64,000 nucleotides of DNA from Erysipelotrichia bacterium (GCA_012522695.1 JAAYJX010000107.1:22408-86407); one strand, 5' to 3'. Counted from the stretch's first letter, positions 42,054-52,920 are shown. Numbers and translations: made by a program. The notes: a model not told the origin generated them from the letters alone.

Positions 42054-42480
42054 TTTCTAGTAAAATTTCTTCTAAACCTTCCCAACCTAAAATTGCACAT
42101 TTTATCCGAGCAGGTTGCTTATACGTATTCATAAAAACGATTGCCTCATCAAGAACGCTTTCATCAAATGGTAATTCGTAAATCATTTGCTCATATTGCT
42201 TAATAATATAAAGGGCTTCATCTTTTGTTTTATTAATAACTAAATCACACATAATATCAGTTGAGGCTGTCGAAATTGTACAAGCGACACCATCAAATAA
42301 ACAATCAGTAATAATATTTTTTTCGACAAATAAGTAAATATTAATATCATCAATACAATTAACTGAATTTAAATGTCTAGTTAAATAACCATCTTTTTTT
42401 GGTTTAGATTTATGCCGAGGATTTTGATAATGATCAAGAATAATCGCCCGCATTAAATTAGTATTAAGTGAAATAGGCAT
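42037..42480 (-). CDS. sufU: SUF system SufU
   Basis: [26 protein letters not shown]. Confidence 0.92.
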   Translation of the reverse strand: MPISLNTNLMRAIILDHYQNPRHKSKPKKDGYLTRHLNSVNCIDDINIYLFVEKNIITDCLFDGVACTISTASTDIMCDLVINKTKDEALYIIKQYEQMIYELPFDESVLDEAIVFMNTYKQPARIKCAILGWEGLEEILLENEEKR

Positions 42481-43702
42481 CGAGAAAATCTCCTCCTTTT
42501 AATAAGGTATTAACAAGAACATCAATATCTTCAAAAGTGTTATATAAATAAAAAGAAACACGGACGGTCGCAAATTCACCTAAATAATCAAGCAATACTT
42601 TAGCACAATGTTGTCCCGAGCGAACAGCAATACCTTGAGAATTTAAATAAGTCGCCAAGTCTTGGGCAAAAATACCTTTATAATTAAAAGTAATAATTCC
42701 AGAATCAGCAAATTCGTTATAAATAATAATATTTGGATTTTCTTTAAGTTTTTTAATCGCGTATTTTCTTAATTCTTGTTCATGTTGATGAATATTTTCC
42801 ATCCCAATCATCTTTAAATAATCAATCGCTGCTTTTAAACCTAAAATACCACTAATATTTTGTGTCCCAGCTTCAAACTTTACGGGCGGAAGTAAATAAG
42901 TAATATCACCACACATATCAAACTTTGCATTCATCCCACCACCCATCATAAATGGCGACATTTTTTCTAATAAATGATATTTAGCATATAAAACACCAAC
43001 ACCTGTTGGTCCACACATTTTATGGCCAGAAAAAGATAAAAAATCAACATCTAAATCTTTAACGTCCGTATGCACATGCGGAACTGATTGAGCTCCATCA
43101 CAAACTAAAAGGGCGCCGACTGAATGTGTAATTTTAGCTAACTCTTTTAAATCAAGAACATAACCTAAAACATTCGAAACATGAGCAACAGCAACAATTT
43201 TTGTTTTTTTTGAAATAACTTTTTTTAAGCTTTCTGGTTCAAGTTTTCCATTCTTATCAAGAGGTATATAATTAACTTTGCAACCAGTTAATTCACTTAC
43301 CTTAAACCATGGTAAAACATTACTTGCGTGTTCAGCTTGCGTAATTAAAATTTCATCATCTTTTGTTAAATATTTCACACCATAGCCATAGGCTATTAAG
43401 TTAATTGACATCGATGTTCCACTCGTAAAAACAATTTCATTTTTTTGTGCATTAATAAAATTAGCAACACTAAGACGTGCTTCATCAATTTTAAGATCAA
43501 TGTTGTAGCATAAATCATAATCACCACGATGAGAATTAGCTGTTTCGTATAAATAATAATTGCTAATTGCCTCGATAACTTGAAATGGTTTAAAAGTCGT
43601 TGCGGCATTATCTAAAAAAACTAATGGTCGATTTTGCATCTTTACTTCATTTTTAAACATCGGGAAATCTTTTCTTACAAAGTGTGGATTAATTTTTTTC
43701 AT
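42464..43702 (-). CDS. sufS: Cysteine desulfurase SufS
   Basis: LDNAATT, DGAQS, SGHKMCGPTG, RSGQHCA. Confidence 0.95.
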   Translation of the reverse strand: MKKINPHFVRKDFPMFKNEVKMQNRPLVFLDNAATTFKPFQVIEAISNYYLYETANSHRGDYDLCYNIDLKIDEARLSVANFINAQKNEIVFTSGTSMSINLIAYGYGVKYLTKDDEILITQAEHASNVLPWFKVSELTGCKVNYIPLDKNGKLEPESLKKVISKKTKIVAVAHVSNVLGYVLDLKELAKITHSVGALLVCDGAQSVPHVHTDVKDLDVDFLSFSGHKMCGPTGVGVLYAKYHLLEKMSPFMMGGGMNAKFDMCGDITYLLPPVKFEAGTQNISGILGLKAAIDYLKMIGMENIHQHEQELRKYAIKKLKENPNIIIYNEFADSGIITFNYKGIFAQDLATYLNSQGIAVRSGQHCAKVLLDYLGEFATVRVSFYLYNTFEDIDVLVNTLLKGGDFLDAYFT

Positions 43703-44418
43703 AGCTGTTCCTCAATTGAAAGCGTAATCTTTGCTTTCAAATCAACGTCTTTAAAATATTGGGCAATTGGCATTAAATAGCCATAAGTAATTAGTTTTTT
43801 AGCTTCTTCGATGTTTAGACCTCGCGACATTAAATAAAAAAGATGGTCTTCACTTAATTTACCAACAACAGCTGCATGAGACGCCATGACATCATTTTCA
43901 TAAATATTTAAATAAGGGTTTGCTTTACCACTTGCTAAAGGATCAAAAACGATAATTTTGGCCTTTTGACTCGTTTTTGATTTAATCGCGCCGTTAATTA
44001 TTTCGTTTGCCCCACTAAAAATTAGTTTTGATTCATGACGTGCAACACCATAATTATCCATTTCTGCATAAGTCTTAGGAGCCAAATGATTAAAAAAGAT
44101 ATTAAACTTTTTTTCATCTTTGTGACGACTTAAAGTCGCAAGTTTTAAACTAGCTCGTGCGCCTTTTTCTTTTAAATTAATCTTAAGTTCTAAACTAGTT
44201 GAGCCAAGGGAAAAATCAGCTAAAGCAAGTTCTAATTCACTACTTTCTAAAACATCTATTTCAATTTTGTTTTTTTGACCTTTTTGAAAGTTTAAAAGAC
44301 CTAAATTTAAATAAGAATTTTTATTTAATAAGATATGTAAAGAACTAGTTTCTTCTTCTAAGTTTAGAAGAAGTTGGTCGCTTCGACATTCATTAATAGT
44401 AATTTGTTTATTTATCAT
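43699..44418 (-). CDS. sufD: SufD (short form)
   Basis: PYLNIYENDVMASHAAVVG, FYLMSRGL. Confidence 0.88.
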   Translation of the reverse strand: MINKQITINECRSDQLLLNLEEETSSLHILLNKNSYLNLGLLNFQKGQKNKIEIDVLESSELELALADFSLGSTSLELKINLKEKGARASLKLATLSRHKDEKKFNIFFNHLAPKTYAEMDNYGVARHESKLIFSGANEIINGAIKSKTSQKAKIIVFDPLASGKANPYLNIYENDVMASHAAVVGKLSEDHLFYLMSRGLNIEEAKKLITYGYLMPIAQYFKDVDLKAKITLSIEEQL

Positions 44419-45235
44419 CTCTTGCTATATCTTTCGCTGCACAAAAACCAAGAGAGATTTCATTCATTGATGTATCTTCTTTTTCAATCTCAATACCTAA
44501 TTCAGTCTTAATCCATTCATAACCTGTTTCATCAATTTTTTTAATAATTTCTTGTCCGCCTTCAACGACGACTTTTCCATTTACCATAACAATCGCTTTA
44601 TTTAAATGAATCATATTATAAAGACGTGCATAATGAGAAACAATTAAAAATCCTCGACCTTTTGCTTGTTCTTCTTTAATAACTTCTGCGACAATATTCA
44701 TTGCATCAATATCAAGACCAGAATCGATTTCATCAAGCATGACAAACTTTGGATTAAGTAACGTCATTTGTAAAATTTCATTGCGCTTTTTTTCGCCACC
44801 TGAAAAACCTTCGTTTAAAAAACGATTAGCAAGTTCAAACGGCATTTTCATTTTTTGATAGCTTTGGTTCAAAAGGGTATAAAATTCAAATAAAGATAAA
44901 GGTTTTTCGCGTCGAACATTTAAGGCCGCTCTTAAAAAATCAGCATTAACGACACCACTAACTTCACTTGGATATTGCATTCCTAAAAATAAACCTGCTT
45001 TCGCTCTTTGATCAACACTCATCGCGAGTAAATTTTCTTCGTTTAAATAAACTTCTCCTTTAGTAATTTGATAACGAGGATTACCCATTAGAGCTTGTAA
45101 AAGAGTTGATTTGCCATGGCCATTTGGACCTAAAAAAGCAACAGTTTCGTTACTTTTAAGTGTTAAAGTAACGTTCTTAAGAATTTCTTTATTTTCAACA
45201 CTGACGTGTAAATTACTAATTTTTAAGATATCCAT
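44408..45235 (-). CDS. sufC: Fe-S assembly ATPase SufC
   Basis: GPNGHGKST, NEGFSGGEKKRNE, LDEIDSGLD. Confidence 0.96.
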   Translation of the reverse strand: MDILKISNLHVSVENKEILKNVTLTLKSNETVAFLGPNGHGKSTLLQALMGNPRYQITKGEVYLNEENLLAMSVDQRAKAGLFLGMQYPSEVSGVVNADFLRAALNVRREKPLSLFEFYTLLNQSYQKMKMPFELANRFLNEGFSGGEKKRNEILQMTLLNPKFVMLDEIDSGLDIDAMNIVAEVIKEEQAKGRGFLIVSHYARLYNMIHLNKAIVMVNGKVVVEGGQEIIKKIDETGYEWIKTELGIEIEKEDTSMNEISLGFCAAKDIARDDK

Positions 45236-45465
45236 TTATTCTTTCCCCTAAGCGAGTAATATTCTATATTAACATCCTTGTTTTTACAAACAATACGATA
45301 AGAAAATTATTTAAATGTGCCTCTATATTTTTATCTACTCAATTAGGTAAATTAGTGATAACAAACATTTTTTTGTAAATTTCGTAATTTTCTTTGTTGT
45401 AATAATTACATTAATGTAATAAAATAATGCGTGCTATGTTTAGGCTATGGAGGAAATGACTACTT

Positions 45466-47361
45466 ATGAGAAAAAGTAAAAAAACACTTACATTAGTAGC
45501 TGGATTAATTGCAACCTTTGCCTTATCAGCTTGTGATGGCCCAAGTTTTTCTAACGAAGGCCATATTTTAACTTACACAGGTGCAAGCGGAGTTGAGTAC
45601 CATTACTCAAGTGGAGAATTATTTGCAAACTACTTAAATAGTTCAAATAATATTTCAACACTTTTTGATTCCGTTTATAAAGTCGTTGTTCGCAACTACT
45701 TTGAAGAAGATGATAAAGGTAAAGAAAGTTATCCAGACATTAAAAAAGGTGCTGATAATGACGTGGCTGGCGTCAAATCAAAAGCAGAATCAGCGGCAGA
45801 AGACAATGGAACAAAATACAAAGATGAGTTTGAAAAGCAACTTAAAACGTATAACGTTGAAGATGAAGACCAACTTTGGGAACATTTTGTTTATCAAAGA
45901 ATGACGAGCGAATTTGAAGATCAATTTTATGATGATAATATCGAATTCATCCGTGATGCAAAAAAAGAAGATGTAGATAACACATTAAAGTATTCTGGTT
46001 ATCTTGAAAAAATGTCTCCCTACCATGTTCGTCATATTTTAGTAAAAGTTGGCGCACAAGATAGTGCTTTATACGACGGCAAAATTACCGAGGCTGAAGC
46101 AAAAAAACTCGCTAACGTTGGACAAAACTTAGCCCTTGGTGATGAAACCTTTGGGGCACTCGCTCAACTTTATAGTGAAGATACAGGCTCAGCAGAAAAA
46201 TTTGGTGATCTTGGTATTATGTCAGTCGGTACATCATTTATTAACGAATTTAAATTAGGCGTTTATGCTTATGAAGGTATTTATAATACAGTGCTTAGTG
46301 TTGAAGCAAAAGACGGCTTAGAAATAAGTGATGAGATGAAAGACGATTATCTAAACGCTCTTGATCATAATGAAATTGCAACTATTCCTTACGAAGCATT
46401 TCTTAAATTACAAGATTATAGTGAAGTTACAAAAGATGAAGATTCATTTTTAGTTAACGAAGGTAATGAATTTTTCTATCCTCGTAATGTTATTTTTAAT
46501 AAATACTTTAATCGTCACGATGTTTCAGTCGTTACACCAAATAAATTAGTTGACTCAACTGTCGTAGGTGGCGCAGTCACTAATGAAGATTTTGCTGGTG
46601 AATATGATGCAAATTATGCAGCTTTACCTGGTTTTCAACACGTTGATGGTTTAAACCTTGATGTTAATGGTGATGGCCAAGTTGATCTTAATGATAAAGT
46701 TTTAACGACTAAAAGCGGAAAAGTTATTTTAGCTGTTCGCGGTGGAAGTAGCGGCGATAGCGGCTATCAAGGCTTCCACTTTATTAGTGTCGAAAGAAGT
46801 GCTTTTGAAGAAACCGTTAATGGTGTTTCATTAAGCGAATATTATACGACTTATTATCCTGGCCAAAACAAATATCCGGTTTATACAAGTGAAGATCCGC
46901 AATACGTTGCTGGTCTAAAAAACTATAAACCTACTTATGTGAATTTCCTTGATCAACAAGTTAAAGATTATAAAGCGCGAGCAGAATCTGTTGAAGGTGA
47001 AATTAAAGGATTTGACAACAATTTAAAATATTATATTTATGAAAAATTAGTTGCCGATCAAAAAATCAAATTTAATGAAGAATTAACTTACGTTAATAAT
47101 AGCGGCGATGAAGTTAGTATTGACTTAAATACGACGCTTGCTAATTGGATTAGTGTCAATCGCCAAAAAGCTGATTACGATACGCGTAAAGCATGGGAAG
47201 AAAATTGGCATGACTATGTTGAGTTTCTTGAACAACAAAAAGCCTTACGTGTTCCTGGCAAATTACTAAGCGAAGTTTGTGCAAAAGAATATGAATTACC
47301 AGAAGGCGCGAAAACAGATGCCTTATGGATTAAAGGAGGTGCTTGTTACAATGACAAATAA
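45466..47361 (+). CDS. Lipoprotein with PpiC/parvulin domain (enlarged PrsA-like foldase)
   Basis: Lipobox LSAC; YHVRHILVK, FGALAQLYSEDTGSAEKFGDLG, QGFHFISVE. Confidence 0.75.
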   Translation: MRKSKKTLTLVAGLIATFALSACDGPSFSNEGHILTYTGASGVEYHYSSGELFANYLNSSNNISTLFDSVYKVVVRNYFEEDDKGKESYPDIKKGADNDVAGVKSKAESAAEDNGTKYKDEFEKQLKTYNVEDEDQLWEHFVYQRMTSEFEDQFYDDNIEFIRDAKKEDVDNTLKYSGYLEKMSPYHVRHILVKVGAQDSALYDGKITEAEAKKLANVGQNLALGDETFGALAQLYSEDTGSAEKFGDLGIMSVGTSFINEFKLGVYAYEGIYNTVLSVEAKDGLEISDEMKDDYLNALDHNEIATIPYEAFLKLQDYSEVTKDEDSFLVNEGNEFFYPRNVIFNKYFNRHDVSVVTPNKLVDSTVVGGAVTNEDFAGEYDANYAALPGFQHVDGLNLDVNGDGQVDLNDKVLTTKSGKVILAVRGGSSGDSGYQGFHFISVERSAFEETVNGVSLSEYYTTYYPGQNKYPVYTSEDPQYVAGLKNYKPTYVNFLDQQVKDYKARAESVEGEIKGFDNNLKYYIYEKLVADQKIKFNEELTYVNNSGDEVSIDLNTTLANWISVNRQKADYDTRKAWEENWHDYVEFLEQQKALRVPGKLLSEVCAKEYELPEGAKTDALWIKGGACYNDK

Positions 47362-49030
47362 GAAAAAAGGATTACTTTTTACACTTGCTTTAGCATCATC
47401 ATTTGTTTTAGCTTCGTGTAATGAAATTTCAGCTCTTCCCTTATTTTATGAAGGACCATTAGTCGTTAATCAAGATGGTGAAAAAACTGATGTTTATCAA
47501 AACTTAGTTGGTCTTTTATACGATTCATTAATTGATTCAAGCGATACTGCTAAAAAAGTTTTAAATGAAATGATGTATGTTATTGCAGTTGATCAATTTG
47601 GTGATTATCACGAAGTTAAAGAACTTCTTGAAACATCAGACGCAAATAGTGAAAAAGTTAGAGAGTTTATTGATGCTCACGCAAATGTTTATCAACGTGA
47701 TAGCGATGAAGAAAGTGACAAAAAAGCTAACGAATTTGCTCGTTTAGTCCACTTTGGTGAGGTTATGGATTATCGGATTAAAGAAGTTTTCTATAACGCT
47801 GCAACTGGTGGATCATATTCATATCGTTCACGATTTGATGAAGAAAAATACGCCGTTAGTTTAGCAAAAGATTTATACGATATCGAAGGTGTTTTCGAAC
47901 CAGGTGTTAATTGGCACGAAGATGTTTTAATCGATCCAAGTGTTAAAGTCGAAAATATTGGTAACTACGTTCATTTAGATCGTTATGATGATTATATTGA
48001 TCGCGGTGTTTTACCAAACCTTTATCGTGAACGTTTAGTCGAACAGTTTTTACTTGATAACAACTATTCAACTTTAGGTCGTACATATGCCCGTAAAGTT
48101 GAGTACATTAAAATTAGCAAAAATGATAATTACCCAAGTGCGGCTAAATCTTTAATTAATGCTTTTGTTGATAAATATATTTTAGATCCAAACGCAACTG
48201 GTGATGTTGATTTAGAAATTTTATCAAACGCCTGGCGCGGAATCGATTTAGACGTCGAAGCCGTTGCCTTACTTGATGAAGCATTTAGCAAAAAGGATGT
48301 TACTGATGCTGATGTTTTAAGTTATTTAGGTGATGCGACCGAATATTATCCGGAAACACAATTTGGCGCTATCGTCAAAGACTATTTAAAAATTACTGAT
48401 GATCGCTTTACGAATGATAAGAGTGTTGAAAGTGACTTTACTTCTAGTAACTCTTATAGCAAACAAGTTGGTTTAAAAATTAAAGCCGACACCCTTCGTT
48501 TAGAAGATTATACAAACGATGGTTGGTTCGTTAAAAGCGGCGGATTAAGCGAACTTCCCGAAGCAATTCGTTCACGTTTATTTAATATTAACGTTGCTAA
48601 CCAAGTCGATTTTCTTGTTGAAGAAGATCAAACTACACACGAATATGAATCTGGTAATTATGTTCGTAATATCCAAGGTAACTATTATTTAACACCAACG
48701 ATTTCCGAACAAGGAACAGACGTTCGCAAAGATAACTTTGTTATTTATGATATTTCAAGTTCAACATATTACATTATTAAAGTTCTTGAAGCTGTCTCAA
48801 CGAGTAAACTTTCTTATCTTAGTGATAATAACTATCAACACCTTCGCACAGATGAAAGTAAAACTTTTATCGAAGAAGTTGCCAAAGAAGTTACTCACGT
48901 TTTAAGTGCAAAAGACTCTTATATTAATAATGCTAACGAACATTATATTGGCCTTTATAACTTCAAATATCACGATACGACAATTTATGATTACTTTGTC
49001 GAAAACTTCCCAGATTTATTTGAAGAGTAA
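47351..49030 (+). CDS. Large acidic lipoprotein, possibly a degenerate parvulin paralog
   Basis: AAGGAGGT RBS before ATG 47351; lipobox LASC; weak parvulin-like strings (DGWF...LPE, YYIIKV). Confidence 0.65.
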   Translation: MTNKKKGLLFTLALASSFVLASCNEISALPLFYEGPLVVNQDGEKTDVYQNLVGLLYDSLIDSSDTAKKVLNEMMYVIAVDQFGDYHEVKELLETSDANSEKVREFIDAHANVYQRDSDEESDKKANEFARLVHFGEVMDYRIKEVFYNAATGGSYSYRSRFDEEKYAVSLAKDLYDIEGVFEPGVNWHEDVLIDPSVKVENIGNYVHLDRYDDYIDRGVLPNLYRERLVEQFLLDNNYSTLGRTYARKVEYIKISKNDNYPSAAKSLINAFVDKYILDPNATGDVDLEILSNAWRGIDLDVEAVALLDEAFSKKDVTDADVLSYLGDATEYYPETQFGAIVKDYLKITDDRFTNDKSVESDFTSSNSYSKQVGLKIKADTLRLEDYTNDGWFVKSGGLSELPEAIRSRLFNINVANQVDFLVEEDQTTHEYESGNYVRNIQGNYYLTPTISEQGTDVRKDNFVIYDISSSTYYIIKVLEAVSTSKLSYLSDNNYQHLRTDESKTFIEEVAKEVTHVLSAKDSYINNANEHYIGLYNFKYHDTTIYDYFVENFPDLFEE

Positions 49031-49063
49031 TATTTGCTCGAAAGTTAAATAATTATTATAATT

Positions 49064-49093
49064 AAAGGAGGATGATGTGTCCTCCTTTCTTTT
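49064..49093 (+). terminator. Probable terminator after the lipoprotein pair
   Basis: AAAGGAGGA-TGATGTG-TCCTCCTTT-CTTTT. Confidence 0.6.
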
Positions 49094-49101
49094 AATGTGA
49101 G

Positions 49102-49533
49102 GTGAAGAAAATGAAAAATAATGATTGTGTTTTTTGTCAAATTGTTAAAGGTTTAATGCCGGCGACAAAAATTTATGAAGACGATGACGTTTTAGCGTTT
49201 TTAGATATTTCGCAAGTTACACCTGGACATGCTTTAGTTATCCCAAAAAAACATTATGATAATTTTGTTTCAACGCCAAAAGATATTTTAAGTAAAGTCA
49301 TGTCCGTAACCCAAAGAATTAGCCAAGCGAGTTTAACGATGTTAGGTGCAAAGGGAATTAATGTTCTAACTAATGTTAATCGTGAAGCAGGACAATCGGT
49401 AATGCACTTCCACGTCCATATTATTCCTCGATATATAAGTGATCGAGGCTTTCAAATTACAATGCTTAAAAACGAACGTTTAAGTGAACTCAACTTACCT
49501 GTTTTAGCTAGTGAAATAAAAAAAGGTTTATAA
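49102..49533 (+). CDS. hit: HIT family protein
   Basis: DCVFC, GHALVIPK, AGQSVMHFHVHIIPR. Confidence 0.93.
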   Translation: MKKMKNNDCVFCQIVKGLMPATKIYEDDDVLAFLDISQVTPGHALVIPKKHYDNFVSTPKDILSKVMSVTQRISQASLTMLGAKGINVLTNVNREAGQSVMHFHVHIIPRYISDRGFQITMLKNERLSELNLPVLASEIKKGL

Positions 49534-49567
49534 AACCTCAAATAATATATTTAATTTGCATTAAAAT

Positions 49568-52063
49568 TTATTTTTTCTGATAATTATTTTTTAAAAATTC
49601 TAACGCGTCACTTTCATTTAAAGGACGTGATAAATAATAACCTTGAGCATAATCACAATTGTATGTTTTTAAATATTCTAAATGTGTTTCGTTTTCAACG
49701 CCTTCACCAACAACAAGAAAACCAAGTTTTTGACCAAGCGAGATAATGTCTTCAGTAATCGCTTTATTAATTTCAATTAATTCAATACCTTGTAAAAAAG
49801 CTTTATCAATTTTTAAAGCGTTGATTTCTAAAGAAATGAGACGATGAAGTGAAGAAAAGCCCGTGCCAAAGTCGTCAATTGCCACACGAATACCTTTTGA
49901 CGTTAATTTTTTTAATAATTGGTTAATACCAAAATAAGACGTTGTAAATGAAACTTCAGTTAATTCAAGCCAAATAGAACGTGGATTAACACCAATTGAT
50001 TCAATAAGAGCTAAAAATTTATTAACAAATTGGCGATCAAGTAATTGTTGAAAAGAAACATTAATCGACATCGACATATGATCATAGCCTAAATCATGGA
50101 CTGATTTTAAGAAAGTCAAAGCTAAACGGTTAATTTTATCACCGTAAATAATCATTAACTTATTCCTTTCTAATAGGGGAATAAATTCTAAAGGAGGGAT
50201 AAGACCTAACTTTTCGCTTTTAAAGCGGGCTAGGGCTTCAAAACCACTTATTTCGCCACGTTTAACATTAAAGATTGGTTGATATTGTAAATATAGTTGT
50301 TCATTATCAATTTGTACTGAAGCATCAACTAATTCTTTTAAAATTTGTTTTTCGCGTTCAATTTTTAAAGCAAGACGATCATCAAAATAACTAATCTCAA
50401 TTAATTTATCATCACTAGCTCTTTCTTGCTCAGTCGTTAAAAGAACGTTTTTAAGAATCGTTTCAAGTTGATTTGGCTTAGTATTTGGAGGAATATGTAA
50501 AACACCAACCCGGCACGTCACGCGTTCACTCCATAACAATGGTTCTAAAACTTTAACGACCTTTAAATAAAACTGATGGATTTCTTCTTCACTATCATAA
50601 TTTTTAATATAAAAACTTAAACGTGTTTCATGAGTAAGATATAGTTTACAATTATCATTTTCTAAAACTTTAAGTTTATTACTAATTTTCTTCATTAAAT
50701 CTCTTATATAGTGATAACCATGACTACTCGTTAATTGTTGAATTGAATTTAAGTTTAATAAGAAAAATGTTTTTTTCGATTTTTTATCATAAGTTAAATC
50801 ATACGTCATAAGTGTTTCTAAATAACGACGATTATGTAAACCCGTCCATTCATCAAATTCACTTCTATGTTTAATTTCTGCCTCATATTTTTTAATTTCG
50901 TTAATATCAATAATGATACCTTCTATGGCAATTGTTTCTTTATCACTATTAATGATCGGTTCACCAATTTCTAAGACCCATTTTTTCTCCTTATTTTTTG
51001 TAATAATCGGATATTGAAAACGGTATGTTGTTTGGTTTTTAACAGCTTTAAGTTGTAAATGGTAAATTTCACTTAAATATTCAGGGGCGATTAAATCGAT
51101 AAATTTTAAATCACGATTATCAATAAAAGCTTCAGGTTCATAACCAGTTAATTCTCTTGAACCTTTGGAAACAAACACTTTCGTAAAATCTTTATCAATG
51201 CGACTACGATAAGCTAAACCTGGTAGATGCGATAACAAAACGTCTTTGCTTCTTTCGCTTTCAAGAAAAGAAAGTTCAAATGATTTACGAATGCTCGTAT
51301 CACGAATAATCGCAAAATAAGTAAAAATTTCATCATCGGGAATATCGACTTTAATAACGAATAAATGCGTATAAACAACATCACCATTAGGACGGATAAA
51401 ACGTTTATCTAGATCATATCGATCAATTTTGCCTTTGATAAAATCGTTAAAGTATTTTAAATCTTTTTCTAAATCTTCTGGATGAGTATATTTTCGCCAG
51501 TCAATTTCGGTATGAAGGTCTTCTTCGATTGGCACGCCTAAAATATCGCGAAAAGCTTTATTAGCTCGAAATGATTGTAAGCGACCACCGCCTCTACGGA
51601 AAAACCTTGTAATGGAAATACCAAAAGGCGCGTGATTAAAAAGAGCAACAAAAATTTCACGCATATCCGATGATCTTTTTGAAGCGATAACATATTCTTG
51701 ATCTTTTTCAATTGAGCGAACGGCAAAATTTAAAGCATCACCATTAATTGGTGTCGTTAAATATTCAAATGTTTGTAGTTCTTGTGATTCTAAATTGTTT
51801 TTAATTGTTTCTTCTTTGCCAAGTAGAATAACACGAATATCTTTTATTTTTTTATCAAATTTTAAATGAGCTAAAAGTTGGTAACCTAATAAATCAGGAG
51901 CGTCTAAATCTAAAAATAAAAGGGGCGAACTTTCAATTTTAGCAAAATAAGCTAGTGCTTTTTGAATATTCGAACTATAAAAAATTTTATAATTGTTTAA
52001 AGCTAGGCTAATCGTTTTGTAATGTTCGTCTTCTTTTGAGAAAACAATCGCATGTTTTGTCAT
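49568..52063 (-). CDS. REC-like/PAS/PAS/degenerate GGDEF/EAL c-di-GMP phosphodiesterase
   Basis: LFLDL..P..GY receiver-like region; PAS (THPEDL); DEWTGLHNRR followed by HETRL in place of GGDEF; FEALAR, IDDFGTGFSS, KID, EGVE, QGYY. Confidence 0.88.
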   Translation of the reverse strand: MTKHAIVFSKEDEHYKTISLALNNYKIFYSSNIQKALAYFAKIESSPLLFLDLDAPDLLGYQLLAHLKFDKKIKDIRVILLGKEETIKNNLESQELQTFEYLTTPINGDALNFAVRSIEKDQEYVIASKRSSDMREIFVALFNHAPFGISITRFFRRGGGRLQSFRANKAFRDILGVPIEEDLHTEIDWRKYTHPEDLEKDLKYFNDFIKGKIDRYDLDKRFIRPNGDVVYTHLFVIKVDIPDDEIFTYFAIIRDTSIRKSFELSFLESERSKDVLLSHLPGLAYRSRIDKDFTKVFVSKGSRELTGYEPEAFIDNRDLKFIDLIAPEYLSEIYHLQLKAVKNQTTYRFQYPIITKNKEKKWVLEIGEPIINSDKETIAIEGIIIDINEIKKYEAEIKHRSEFDEWTGLHNRRYLETLMTYDLTYDKKSKKTFFLLNLNSIQQLTSSHGYHYIRDLMKKISNKLKVLENDNCKLYLTHETRLSFYIKNYDSEEEIHQFYLKVVKVLEPLLWSERVTCRVGVLHIPPNTKPNQLETILKNVLLTTEQERASDDKLIEISYFDDRLALKIEREKQILKELVDASVQIDNEQLYLQYQPIFNVKRGEISGFEALARFKSEKLGLIPPLEFIPLLERNKLMIIYGDKINRLALTFLKSVHDLGYDHMSMSINVSFQQLLDRQFVNKFLALIESIGVNPRSIWLELTEVSFTTSYFGINQLLKKLTSKGIRVAIDDFGTGFSSLHRLISLEINALKIDKAFLQGIELIEINKAITEDIISLGQKLGFLVVGEGVENETHLEYLKTYNCDYAQGYYLSRPLNESDALEFLKNNYQKK

Positions 52064-52194
52064 CGTGCTTTAGTAAACAAAGTAAACAACTCTGTTTTGT
52101 AATCTTATTATAATAAAGATAAGTTAAAAAATATATAAATATGTCAAAAATATTTTAATTTTTAAAAAATAAACATCTAAAAAGTTATTTTATT

Positions 52195-52920
52195 TTAATC
52201 AAAAGAGTGAACTAATTCTTCTAAAAGCGTCTCAATTAAGCTACCAATATGAGGCTGAGCTTCTAAACCAATACGTAGGGCAGATATTAGCTGATTATCT
52301 TTGCCAACTTCGTAAGTAACGGCTTTAAGTAAAAGCCAAGGAACGTCATGAACATAACATGCCGTAATAACGCCACCAGATTCTGTATCAAGGGCGATTT
52401 TATTTTCAATGTGCGAAAAGTTTTTCTTAATTAATTCATTCGCAACTTTTAAATTCGTATGAAAAGTATTCGTTGAAACAAGTGGTCCACGACCAATATT
52501 TAAGTTTTCTGTCCGTGAGTTAAGTGTTTGAATTAAACGAATGTAATCATCTTCACTTGAATAAAAAACAGGTAAGTCTTTAATTTGTCCATATTTAGTA
52601 TTACCTAAAGCTTCTAAGTTCATATCACCTAAATGAACACGTTCAGCAATAAATAAATCACCTTGATGAAGGTTAGGACTAATTGAAGTAACCGCACCAA
52701 CAGAAATAACAATATAAGGTTTATACTTACTAATCATAAAACTTGTCACAATTGCGGAAGTAATATTTGAATAACCTGTATGGGCCAAACAAACATCTTT
52801 ACCAGCAAAAGAACCAACATAATAAGGATGTTTCATCGCGATTTTGTTTTCTTCGCTAATTTTTAGACGAGATTTAAAATATAAAATATCGTCTTCGGTT
52901 GTGCCAATAATTAAAATCAT
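52195..52920 (-). CDS. MTA/SAH nucleosidase-like (PNP_UDP_1) protein, divergent
   Basis: ILIIG.., TG..ITSA, ISVGAV, GDLFIA, DTESGGV..ACY; several catalytic positions altered. Confidence 0.75.
   Translation of the reverse strand: MILIIGTTEDDILYFKSRLKISEENKIAMKHPYYVGSFAGKDVCLAHTGYSNITSAIVTSFMISKYKPYIVISVGAVTSISPNLHQGDLFIAERVHLGDMNLEALGNTKYGQIKDLPVFYSSEDDYIRLIQTLNSRTENLNIGRGPLVSTNTFHTNLKVANELIKKNFSHIENKIALDTESGGVITACYVHDVPWLLLKAVTYEVGKDNQLISALRIGLEAQPHIGSLIETLLEELVHSFD

Noticed and set aside
10767-43702. Mycoplasma-type TGA=Trp recoding
   Set aside because: ATGA stop/start overlaps at 10767, 34270, 38780 and 43699 and intact long ORFs under the standard code show TGA is a stop.
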